This document shows positions 1-7,340 of a stretch of 64,000 nucleotides of DNA, one piece after another. Below the pieces are notes generated by a model that did no database searches, was not told where the DNA came from, and saw only the letters and a program-made list of their open reading frames with translations. Location of the stretch: assembly GCF_044324875.1 (NCBI RefSeq), contig NZ_CP172185.1. One strand, written 5' to 3'. This DNA comes from Escherichia coli (GTDB lineage Bacteria; Pseudomonadota; Gammaproteobacteria; Enterobacterales; Enterobacteriaceae). Made by a program: the position numbers and the translations under genes. The stretch's first letter is position 1. The number at the start of each line of letters is the position of its first letter.

Positions 1-1932
1 ACCGATACCGCGCCCCAGAGAAAGCAGAGCACCGCCCGGGGAAGTGAACGCAGCCAGCAGACCACCACGCAGCGTACCGAGTAGTCCGCGCACGCCACGA
101 AGCCGGACCGCAAGCCGTCCCGCACCGGTATCAAGACCGGCAAACAGCACACGCCAGCCGCCAATACCACTCATCGACCCACCGAGTACGCCGCGCAGCT
201 GCGTCAGTAACGGCAGCGCACGACCGAGGCCGGATGTGCCGGTCAGCAGGGAAAAGCCAAGACGCAGTTTTGCCAGCGGCCCCAGCAACACGCCGGTAGC
301 CAGTGACAGCGCCCCCGTGGCCGCAACCGCAGCCAGCAGTGCACCACCGGCAATCAGCAGTTGTTTTGTCAGTTCAGGGTGCGCCTGGGCCAGCGCGGTG
401 ACTTTCGCAATAACCCGGGTGAACGACTGCGTGACAGAACGCAGCGGCCCGTCAACGAGGTCAGCGACACGGATACGCAGCCCTTCCCATGCGCTGTTCA
501 GTGATTTCAGGTCGCCGTCCAGGTTGTCCGCCATGATTCTGGCGTTTTCTTCCAGTTCGCCGTTCGCTGCCTGAATCTCACGCGTCAGGCGCGGCAGGTT
601 TTTTTCGCCTGCCTGTTCAACCAGGCTCATCAGGGAGACATACGCCTCCTGCCCGGCAATATCTGAAAAGAACGAGACTTTTGCCGCGTTACCGTATTTA
701 CGGGTGGCCTGATACAGCTCATACAGGATATCTTCCATCGGGCGCATGTTCCCGTAAGCATCCTGCGTTTCCACGCCCAGCTGTTTCAGCGCCTTTGCTG
801 CCGCTTTAGGCGGGTTCACAAGGCGGGACAGACTGGAGCGCAGCGCCGTACCAGCATCACTGCCACGTATCCCCATCGACCCAAGCAACCCGGTCATGGC
901 TGCGGTCTGTTCAAGAGACAGACCGAGTGAGGCGGCGACCGGTCCCGTATATTTCATCGTCTCACCAAGCCCGCGCAGGTCGGTATTGGTGCGGGTGAAC
1001 GTTGCGGCCAGCGTGTCACCCACGCGGTTCATCTGGTCGGCAGACAACCCGAACTGCGTAAGGATATTTGAGCTGATATCGGCCGTCTGACCGAGGTCCA
1101 TGCCGCTGGCCGTTGCCAGATTCAGCACGCCGGGAAGAGCCGCCTGTATCGCCTGCGGCGTGAACCCCGCCATGGCAAGGAACGCCTGACCGCTGGCAGC
1201 ATCACCTGCGGTAAACTGCGTTTCGGAGCCGAGTTTAAGCGCCTGTTCGCGCAGCGCCTTAAACTGCGGACTGTTTTTGTCAATACGGGTCAGCGCCTGG
1301 ACGCGCGACATCTCCTTACCAAAACTGACCGCCGGTTGCAGGAAACGCCCGGCCGCATAGCCACCTGCCGCTGCCGTGCCGACTGCCGTAAATCCACCCG
1401 CTTTCAGTTTTCCCGCCATCTCCTGAGCGCGGAAATATTGCTGGCGTGCCTGCGTGACGCGTGCCAGAGTCTGCCGTTCACGTTCCAGCTGTTCGTTGTA
1501 TTGCTGTGTTCGCCGTATGGCCTGTTGAATGGTGTTGTCACTGCCGGAAAGCGCAATACCGTGACGCCGCAGCTCACCACCCAGTTCGCGCATTCGCTGA
1601 ACTTCACGCGCACGGACCTCATTGAGACGCTCAAGTTTGAGGCTCAAATCGTTCATCAGCTTTTTCTGTTTGTCAGACAGCACGGTTCCGGCGCGCTGAA
1701 TTTGCTGAAGTGCGCTTAACTGGCGTTGTGCCCGGGCAATGCCGTTTCCGGCCTTGTTTGCAGCCTCGCGGGCGCGATCAAATGAACGGGCGTGGCGTTC
1801 CAGGTTTTTGATCGCACCCTGCGTTCTCTGTATGGAGTCGCCAAGCTGGCCCATCATGCGACGGGCGTTTTCGGTGGGACGGGTCAGCCTGTCAACAGCG
1901 CTGAAGGCGACCCGTATATCAAGCGTTTTCAT
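1..1932 (-). CDS. P2-like phage tail tape measure protein (gpT-like), 3' end runs off the window
   Basis: ATG at 1932-1930 on the minus strand. Hand translation of 1621-1932 gives an uninterrupted, coiled-coil-like sequence (MKTLDIRVAFSAVDRLTRPTENARRMMGQLGDSIQ...). Position after E/E' matches P2 F-operon order. The plus-strand ORFs in the track here are antisense artefacts. Confidence 0.75.
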   Translation of the reverse strand, partial: MKTLDIRVAFSAVDRLTRPTENARRMMGQLGDSIQRTQGAIKNLERHARSFDRAREAANKAGNGIARAQRQLSALQQIQRAGTVLSDKQKKLMNDLSLKLERLNEVRAREVQRMRELGGELRRHGIALSGSDNTIQQAIRRTQQYNEQLERERQTLARVTQARQQYFRAQEMAGKLKAGGFTAVGTAAAGGYAAGRFLQPAVSFGKEMSRVQALTRIDKNSPQFKALREQALKLGSETQFTAGDAASGQAFLAMAGFTPQAIQAALPGVLNLATASGMDLGQTADISSNILTQFGLSADQMNRVGDTLAATFTRTNTDLRGLGETMKYTGPVAASLGLSLEQTAAMTGLLGSMGIRGSDAGTALRSSLSRLVNPPKAAAKALKQLGVETQDAYGNMRPMEDILYELYQATRKYGNAAKVSFFSDIAGQEAYVSLMSLVEQAGEKNLPRLTREIQAANGELEENARIMADNLDGDLKSLNSAWEGLRIRVADLVDGPLRSVTQSFTRVIAKVTALAQAHPELTKQLLIAGGALLAAVAATGALSLATGVLLGPLAKLRLGFSLLTGTSGLGRALPLLTQLRGVLGGSMSGIGGWRVLFAGLDTGAGRLAVRLRGVRGLLGTLRGGLLAAFTSPGGALLSLGRGIG

Positions 1933-2082
1933 GCTCTGCGTTCCCGCTGCGAAGGGCCGCCCGCTCACGCCAGGCGACCACCTCGCCGGGATCCATCAGG
2001 AAGATTTCAGCGGGAGACCAGTTGAAAATAACGGCGATATCCGCCACAAAGTCTTCAATATGCTCAAAGGGCACGACGGTTA

Positions 2083-2445
2083 TCAGCCTGCCGTCGCCGC
2101 CACGCTCTTCCCGCCAGAGTCCTGACCGGCCAAAAAATTAACCGCCACCCCGCACAGCTGAATAAAATCAGCGGACCCCATGCGCTTAAGCATAACCTCG
2201 TCCAGTCGCGGCGAAGTGACGCGCGGGAGTAACTCAAACATCGCGTCCGTTTTCATGTTCAGCACGTCAAGCAGTGACAGCCCGCGCAGTGAACCGGCCT
2301 GCTGTACAGCAGGCGTGATTTCCACATACGTGATTTTTTTGTTACCGAGCACAAGGGGTGTTTTCAGTGTCACGCCGCGCTCACTGGTCACGTCAGCCAC
2401 ATCAGCACCGTCAGTAACAGGGGCAACAACCGGATTTTCTTTCAT
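2083..2445 (-). CDS. P2-like tail assembly chaperone gpE; slippery TTTTTTG near the 3' end implies an E+E' frameshift product
   Basis: 120-aa ORF with GAGG ribosome-binding site before ATG 2445. Lies between the tube gene and the tape-measure gene. Heptamer TTTTTTG (minus-strand sense of 2131-2137) is 16 codons before the stop. Confidence 0.7.
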   Translation of the reverse strand: MKENPVVAPVTDGADVADVTSERGVTLKTPLVLGNKKITYVEITPAVQQAGSLRGLSLLDVLNMKTDAMFELLPRVTSPRLDEVMLKRMGSADFIQLCGVAVNFLAGQDSGGKSVAATAG

Positions 2446-2494
2446 GAATAAAACCTCAAATCAGGGGCGACGCCACGCGCCGCCGTGGAAAACA

Positions 2495-3013
2495 TTAACC
2501 ACCAAGACCAATCGCCGAGCGCACGCGGTCCGGGAAGACGCTTTTGCCGTCCTTGCGTTCGATGTGGTTCAGTAAATCAATCTCCAGCACCGGACGGTCG
2601 TTAATGCTGAGTTTGTAGTAGGTACTTTTGACCGCATAGGTGTGAGACGTGACCTCACCCTGTTTGGCCTCCCCGGTATCAATTTCCGTCACGCGACCGC
2701 GAAGCTCAATCTCGTACAGGTCACTCTGTTCTTCATCGTTGTAGTACTCACCGACAAAGCGCAGCAGCGTACCGTCAATCGTGCCGCCGTACTTGAGGAA
2801 CAGTTCGCGGGTCGGCCCGCCCATGGTGAAACTCGCATCCAGCGCGCCGTCATCCAGGCCAAGGTCGATATTTACTGCACCGGCCATACCACCACCGCGA
2901 TAGGCTTCCGTTTTACGGGTCAGTTTGGGGGGCGTGAAGCCGGTCACCCTGCCAATCTGGTTCACCCCGTCAGTAAACAGCGTGAACACCCTGAGATTTT
3001 TTGGTACGGCCAT
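2495..3013 (-). CDS. P2-like tail tube protein (gpFII-like)
   Basis: 172-aa ORF immediately downstream of the sheath gene; its ATG overlaps the sheath stop (TAATG). Size and position fit gpFII. Confidence 0.8.
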   Translation of the reverse strand: MAVPKNLRVFTLFTDGVNQIGRVTGFTPPKLTRKTEAYRGGGMAGAVNIDLGLDDGALDASFTMGGPTRELFLKYGGTIDGTLLRFVGEYYNDEEQSDLYEIELRGRVTEIDTGEAKQGEVTSHTYAVKSTYYKLSINDRPVLEIDLLNHIERKDGKSVFPDRVRSAIGLGG

Positions 3014-4296
3014 TAAGCACCTCCAAGCGTCGCAAATGCAGGACCAAAGAATTCATCAGTAAACGTCTGGTAAAGTTCCATATCCTCAAGCGGCGGAACG
3101 GGCGTGTACTTGTAGCGGATACGCACGCGTCCCTGACGAAGTTCCGTGGTGCTGTTATCCACCACGTCATACCAGCACTCCGCACCAACGAGACGTCCTG
3201 ACGTAACCAGCGCATCCAGTTTTGCGCGAATTGCGCTTAACACGTCTTTCACATTAGCAGGGGTCAGCGGGGCATCAATCGTTTCAAACTGCGCTTCCGC
3301 AACAGAATCAGCCAGCACCTGAGCGGTTCGCGTGTACACCTCAAAGATATACGCCTTCGTTTCCGGCGTACGGTTGCCCCAGAAGCGGAAACCGTTACGG
3401 CGAATGATGGTGGTGATTTCCTTGTTGTTGAGATTGTTGGCATCGCTGTCTTCGGACTGAAGGGACCAGAACACCCGGCTGGAAATACCCAGCACATTTC
3501 TTACCGGCACGTTGGACAGCGATTTATGCCAGCCCTGTTCGTGGTCAATACGTGCACGTAAACCGCAGGCGTACGCCGCAGCCGGGAAGACCTCATTAGC
3601 GCCGGATTTCGGGTTATAGGCGATGAAGTCAGGCCAGAGCAGCATAAGTTCGCGCTCGTTAAATCTGGCGCGGTAGCTGATTGCATCAGCGGGCTTCTTG
3701 CAGTTGTGACAGCCCGCGTAGACAAATGCGCGAAGTTTTTCTGCAATTACACACAGGGATTTTGTGACAGCTTCAGTATCCAGTCCGGGAGCTGCGATGA
3801 TGCGCGGACGGTAACCGATGGCATCATCCTGTTCAGCTATCAGAAGTGCATACATACCGGTATAATTACCGTCGCCATCCGTGCCACCAATGACATACTG
3901 GTCCTGCGTTTTGTGTGGGTATACAGGATGTGCATCTTCAGACTCATCAATACCAAAAAATGCCCTGTCTTCAGGATCCAGATGACCGAATGATGTAACT
4001 CCTGTATCCGGGGCGCCCTGAGAACTGGCATCAGGAACGCGCACCACAATCACCTTCGTGCTCACCTGGTCGGCGACAGCCTTAAGCGATTTGTAAAGCG
4101 TCCCCTTTGTGCCGGCCTTACCCAGCACATCACTGACGCGGGTCAGCAGTGTGGGTTTGTTCAGCGGGAACAGAGTTTCATCCGCGTCATCTGCCGTAGC
4201 CACAATACCAATAACACTGGAATCCACATCATTAATGGCGGTGGCAAGGCCGGTACTTTCCCTTACGCGCGCACCATGAAAGCGTGTTTCACTCAT
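3013..4296 (-). CDS. P2-like contractile tail sheath protein (gpFI-like)
   Basis: Track ORF 3013..4443; the likely true start is ATG 4296 (MSETRFHGARV...), preceded by AGGGTG. 427 aa with conserved sheath motifs (GFRFWGNRT, YTPVPPLE). Confidence 0.8.
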   Translation of the reverse strand: MSETRFHGARVRESTGLATAINDVDSSVIGIVATADDADETLFPLNKPTLLTRVSDVLGKAGTKGTLYKSLKAVADQVSTKVIVVRVPDASSQGAPDTGVTSFGHLDPEDRAFFGIDESEDAHPVYPHKTQDQYVIGGTDGDGNYTGMYALLIAEQDDAIGYRPRIIAAPGLDTEAVTKSLCVIAEKLRAFVYAGCHNCKKPADAISYRARFNERELMLLWPDFIAYNPKSGANEVFPAAAYACGLRARIDHEQGWHKSLSNVPVRNVLGISSRVFWSLQSEDSDANNLNNKEITTIIRRNGFRFWGNRTPETKAYIFEVYTRTAQVLADSVAEAQFETIDAPLTPANVKDVLSAIRAKLDALVTSGRLVGAECWYDVVDNSTTELRQGRVRIRYKYTPVPPLEDMELYQTFTDEFFGPAFATLGGA

Positions 4297-4369
4297 ATGT
4301 TTCACCCTTGTCTGGCTGGTTGATTTTGCGTAATCATTACCCACACACGCGGTAATCTCACCCCTTTGA

Positions 4370-4393
4370 TGTTGTCTCCTGACAGCGACAACA
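4370..4393. promoter_or_regulatory. Ogr/Delta-type late-promoter activator site (TGTTGTC-N10-GACAACA, containing TGT-N12-ACA)
   Basis: Perfect 7-bp inverted repeat with the P2 late-promoter TGT-N12-ACA geometry. Centred about 85 bp upstream of the FI ATG and about 77 bp upstream of the D ATG. Confidence 0.55.
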
Positions 4394-4457
4394 AAACAGC
4401 CATTCAACGCCGCTACGGTGCATGAAACCATTACAGAACGCACCAGGAGAGAACACC

Positions 4458-5549
4458 ATGAAAGAGCTGTCAGTTACCGTTCCGTCACCGGATATCGACA
4501 TCACCATCAACAACAACACACTGGCAAACCTCACAGAGCGACTCATGACGCTGACCCTGACGGATAACCGGGCCTTTGAGGCAGACCGCGTCACCCTCAC
4601 CCTTGACGATACGGACGGGCAGTTACAGTTGCCACCACGTGGCGCACGCCTGAGAGTGATGATTGGCTGGCGCGGGGAGGCGCTGGTTAACAAGGGTGTC
4701 TACATCGTTGATGAAGTGACGTGGGAAGGCCCGCCGGACAAACTGACCATCACCGCCAGCAGCGCCGATTTTCGCGAAGAGTTCAACGTGAAGCGTGAAG
4801 TCTCCTGGCACGACGTGACGGTAAAACAGGTTGTGTCAGCCATCGCGCACCGCTACGGCCTGAAAGCACAGATAAGCGATATCCTCATGGATATCGAAAT
4901 TGACCACGCAGACCAGACCGAAGAGAGTGATATATCCTTCCTGACCCGCATGGCTGAAATGCTGGGTGCGATTGCCACCGTAAAAAACGGCAGCCTGTTA
5001 TTCATTCTGCCGGGTGGCGGAACCGGGCCGGACGGAAAAGCCCTGCCTTCGTTCGCCATTACCCGCAGCAGCGGCGACAGTCACCGCTTTCGCATTGCTG
5101 ACCGTGATGCGTATACGGGGGTCCGGGCGCACTGGCTCGATCTGAAGTTCGGGCAAAAGAAAAAAGTGAACGTGAAGCGACGCAGGGAAGCCGGGAAACA
5201 GAAACAGGAGAAGAGCAGCAGCCGGGAAGGTGATTACATGGAAGGCGCGGAAGGTAACGTCTACGTTCTGCGCAGGACTTACCAGAATGAAGAAACCGCA
5301 CGACGTGCAGCAGCTGCAAAGTGGCAGGAACTACAGCGGGGCGCGGCATCATTCTCCATCACGCTGGCGCGCGGTCGTGCCGACCTGTACCCTGAAATGC
5401 ACGGCAGGGTAACAGGTTTTAAAAGCGAGGTGGACAATCAGGACTGGATTATTGCCAGGGTGGAGCACAGCATAGATGAAAGCGGCTTCACCACACAACT
5501 GGAGCTGGAAGCGAAAATCCCCGAATGGATAGCAGATTCAGGCGGATAA
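4458..5549 (+). CDS. P2-like tail protein D (gpD-like)
   Basis: Track ORF 4422..5549; the ATG at 4458 has an AGGAGA ribosome-binding site. Translation is gpD-like along its length (conserved SWHD, FLTR, DRxAYTGV, AKWxxLQRG, GFTTxLELE). Confidence 0.8.
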   Translation: MKELSVTVPSPDIDITINNNTLANLTERLMTLTLTDNRAFEADRVTLTLDDTDGQLQLPPRGARLRVMIGWRGEALVNKGVYIVDEVTWEGPPDKLTITASSADFREEFNVKREVSWHDVTVKQVVSAIAHRYGLKAQISDILMDIEIDHADQTEESDISFLTRMAEMLGAIATVKNGSLLFILPGGGTGPDGKALPSFAITRSSGDSHRFRIADRDAYTGVRAHWLDLKFGQKKKVNVKRRREAGKQKQEKSSSREGDYMEGAEGNVYVLRRTYQNEETARRAAAAKWQELQRGAASFSITLARGRADLYPEMHGRVTGFKSEVDNQDWIIARVEHSIDESGFTTQLELEAKIPEWIADSGG

Positions 5550-5592
5550 AATTAAAATGAGCCATCTCCACTCAGCCAGATAAGGAGAAGCC

Positions 5593-5844
5593 ATGTTCCG
5601 TTGTCCCCTGTGCGGTGCATCCGCACGTATCCGCACCAGTCGCAATGAAAATGATTCAGGCACAGTTCGCCTGAAGTACTACCAGTGCAATAACCTCGAA
5701 TGCGGGATCGGCTTTACCACACTGGAGGGTTTTAACAAATTCACATCAAAACGCGCCCCGTCGCCGCAGGGTACAGAGCGGATACCGTGGGAAGATTTTC
5801 CGGGATCTCACAGGGGGAATGCTCAGATGAATCTTGATATTTAA
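5593..5844 (+). CDS. ogr: Ogr-family zinc-finger late-gene transcription activator
   Basis: 83 aa. Begins MFRCPLCGASARIRTSRNE with CPLC...C(N)NLEC zinc-finger spacing. AAGGAGA ribosome-binding site. Confidence 0.85.
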   Translation: MFRCPLCGASARIRTSRNENDSGTVRLKYYQCNNLECGIGFTTLEGFNKFTSKRAPSPQGTERIPWEDFPGSHRGNAQMNLDI

Positions 5845-5990
5845 GAACAATAATCAGGTTGAGAGGACATCATAAGGCAAGTAGATTAACGGCAGATACT
5901 TTCCCGCAACCACGGGCAAGTATTTAATTATCCATGATGAAATATGACCTAAATTGTTTTTTGCCCGCCGGAAAGCGGGCATTTTTTTAT
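5845..5990 (+). repeat. Repeat unit A: sequence downstream of ogr ending in an intrinsic terminator (candidate phage right arm plus att core)
   Basis: Shares the core ggttgag...agtagattaac...ttatccatgat...gcccgcc-N-gcgggc-T7 with units B and C. Confidence 0.6.
5963..5988 (+). terminator. Intrinsic terminator, copy 1 (gcccgccggaaagcgggc + T7)
   Basis: GC stem-loop followed by a T-run on the plus strand. Confidence 0.75.
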
Positions 5991-6202
5991 TCTTTTGTGG
6001 TTATGGGGTCATCAGGAACCACGTGCAGATTATATTTTTGTTTTTTTGGCGTTCCTCCGGCAGCAACGAGTTCATCAATAAGACACTGACACGCCTGAAC
6101 ATCCCGGGCATGTCTTAGTTTCACCTTTATTGATTTAACCTTATCCTCACCGGAGGAGAAATGCAGTTCAATCTCAATATCGTTTCTTCGGAACAATCTC
6201 AT
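5987..6202 (-). CDS. Hypothetical small protein (71 aa) in an AT-rich islet
   Basis: ATG at 6202 preceded by a GGGGGG ribosome-binding site. AT-rich promoter-like sequence upstream, with TATAAT-like hexamers. No family recognised by eye. Confidence 0.45.
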   Translation of the reverse strand: MRLFRRNDIEIELHFSSGEDKVKSIKVKLRHARDVQACQCLIDELVAAGGTPKKQKYNLHVVPDDPITTKE

Positions 6203-6429
6203 ACGCCCCCCTGAATATATCAGAAATGCTAGTATCGAAAAATGAGAAAACAGTTAGACAGGAGAAACATATTAACACAAATCATTTATACCTATAGATG
6301 AAATTATAATTTCATTCATGAATATGATAGATAACTATATTGTGAACAAAATGAAAAATGGCTAAATTAAAAATGGGCATGGAGGAATGCCTCGTAATCA
6401 GTAATACATGATCCATACTTCCTTGTTTT

Positions 6430-6455
6430 GCCCGCCGGAAAGCGGGCATTTTTTT
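6430..6455 (+). terminator. Intrinsic terminator, copy 2 (hairpin identical to copy 1)
   Basis: gcccgccggaaagcgggc + T7. Together with copy 1 it forms a near-identical ~30-bp direct repeat flanking the AT-rich islet. Confidence 0.75.
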
Positions 6456-6657
6456 GGCGGTTACCATCGCCTCACCTTCCTGGTTCACACAAAGCAACCC
6501 TGATTTTCCATGAAAACTTCAGGGTTGAGCCAAAAGCACAAAGACAGTAGATTAACCAAGGGTACCCGCCACCTGCCAACAGGAACGGTATCCAGTACGT
6601 ATTAATGACTGACAATTCACATTGCTGTTTTGCCCGCCAGAAGGTGGGCATTTTTTT
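6456..6657 (+). repeat. Repeat unit B: paralogue of units A and C, ending in terminator copy 3
   Basis: Aligns by eye with unit C over about 200 bp. Contains a degenerate ogr 3'-end-like segment (ttcaca...gattttcc). Confidence 0.6.
6632..6657 (+). terminator. Intrinsic terminator, copy 3 (gcccgccagaaggtgggc + T7)
   Basis: GC stem-loop followed by a T-run. Confidence 0.7.
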
Positions 6658-6861
6658 GGCAGTTATCATGGACGCACCTTCATGACACATATTAAGCAGA
6701 CCTGATTTTTCCATGAAAAATTCATGGTTGAGACAAAAGCACAAAAACAGTAGATTAACCACGGGTGCCTGCCACCTGACAACAGGAAGGGGTGTCCATT
6801 ATCCATGATATACAAACGAAAAGTCTTGTCTTTTGCCCGCCGTTGCGCGGGCTTTTTTTTT
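6658..6861 (+). repeat. Repeat unit C: paralogue of units A and B, ending in terminator copy 4
   Basis: Same architecture as unit B. Confidence 0.6.
6835..6861 (+). terminator. Intrinsic terminator, copy 4 (gcccgccgttgcgcgggc + T9)
   Basis: GC stem-loop followed by a T-run. Confidence 0.7.
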
Positions 6862-6890
6862 GCCACCCTCACCAGTGAGGGTACCATCAT

Positions 6891-7112
6891 TCAGAGGCGC
6901 GTAAGCCACCCGGCGTTAACATCCTGCCCGTCAACCCTGACCGCAGAGTCTGAACGGCAGGCACCGGAAGCAGTACCAAAAACACCTCTGACAAGTTCCG
7001 CCACCTTCCCGATATCATCAGGCGCCACATTCCTCACCTCGACAGTGATCCGTGGCGTACCATCATCGTTAACAAGCGTGGCTTTAAGGCTGGTACGACG
7101 GGCAAATAACAT
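6891..7112 (-). CDS. Hypothetical small protein (73 aa)
   Basis: ATG at 7112 with an AGGGAGG ribosome-binding site about 9 nt upstream. GC-rich, between repeat unit C and the copA promoter. No family recognised. Confidence 0.45.
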   Translation of the reverse strand: MLFARRTSLKATLVNDDGTPRITVEVRNVAPDDIGKVAELVRGVFGTASGACRSDSAVRVDGQDVNAGWLTRL

Positions 7113-7172
7113 CAACACCCCCTCCCTTCGGTTCGTTGCACTGGCAGCACGATACCACCAGGAAAAAGAAAA

Positions 7173-7203
7173 GCCCACAACGTCAGGATTGCGGGCTTTT
7201 TTT
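7173..7203 (+). terminator. Intrinsic terminator, copy 5 (gcccacaacgtcaggattgcgggc + T7), related to copies 1-4
   Basis: Stem-loop followed by a T-run, directly upstream of the copA promoter. Confidence 0.65.
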
Positions 7204-7269
7204 CTTCAAAAATGGACACTACGTGGACACTGATTAAATAATCCTTTCTTAATCAGACTGTTAAAATGC

Positions 7270-7300
7270 TTGACCTTCCCCTTGCTGGAAGGTTTAACCT
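7270..7300 (+). promoter_or_regulatory. copA promoter with CueR (MerR-type) operator
   Basis: -35 TTGACC followed by the dyad CCTTCC-N7-GGAAGG within a long spacer, the known PcopA/CueR architecture. Confidence 0.8.
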
Positions 7301-7340
7301 TTATCACAGCCAGTCAAAACTGTCTTAAAAGGAGTGTTTT

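Noticed and set aside
44-2125. Plus-strand ORFs 44..574, 896..1090, 1336..1719, 1739..2125 and 1792..2025
   Set aside because: They lie antisense to the minus-strand tape-measure gene, which translates cleanly as a coiled-coil tail protein. Their composition is Ala/Arg/Ser/Pro-rich, typical of the reverse frame of a GC-rich gene.
6510-6800. 31-codon plus-strand ORFs in repeat units B and C (MKTSGLSQKHK... and MKNSWLRQKHK...) as possible small proteins or type I toxins
   Set aside because: Differences between the two copies fall on first and second codon positions as often as third, so there is no sign of purifying selection on a protein. The peptides are basic rather than hydrophobic, there is no ribosome-binding site, and unit A has no start codon.
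6312-6890. Minus-strand ORFs 6312..6497, 6472..6762 and 6666..6890, which share a TAKKMP(A/T)F(R/W)RAKQ peptide
   Set aside because: The shared peptide is just the reading frame passing through the repeated terminator hairpin (gcccgcc...gcgggc). There are no ribosome-binding sites and the frames overlap the repeat units, so these are artefacts of the repeat.
1-7340. Retron or other reverse-transcriptase-based or large defence system in the prophage remnant
   Set aside because: No unexplained ORF longer than about 100 aa exists in 5845-7340, and all large ORFs in 1-5844 are accounted for as tail proteins, D and ogr. Only small orphan ORFs remain, and these are reported as findings.
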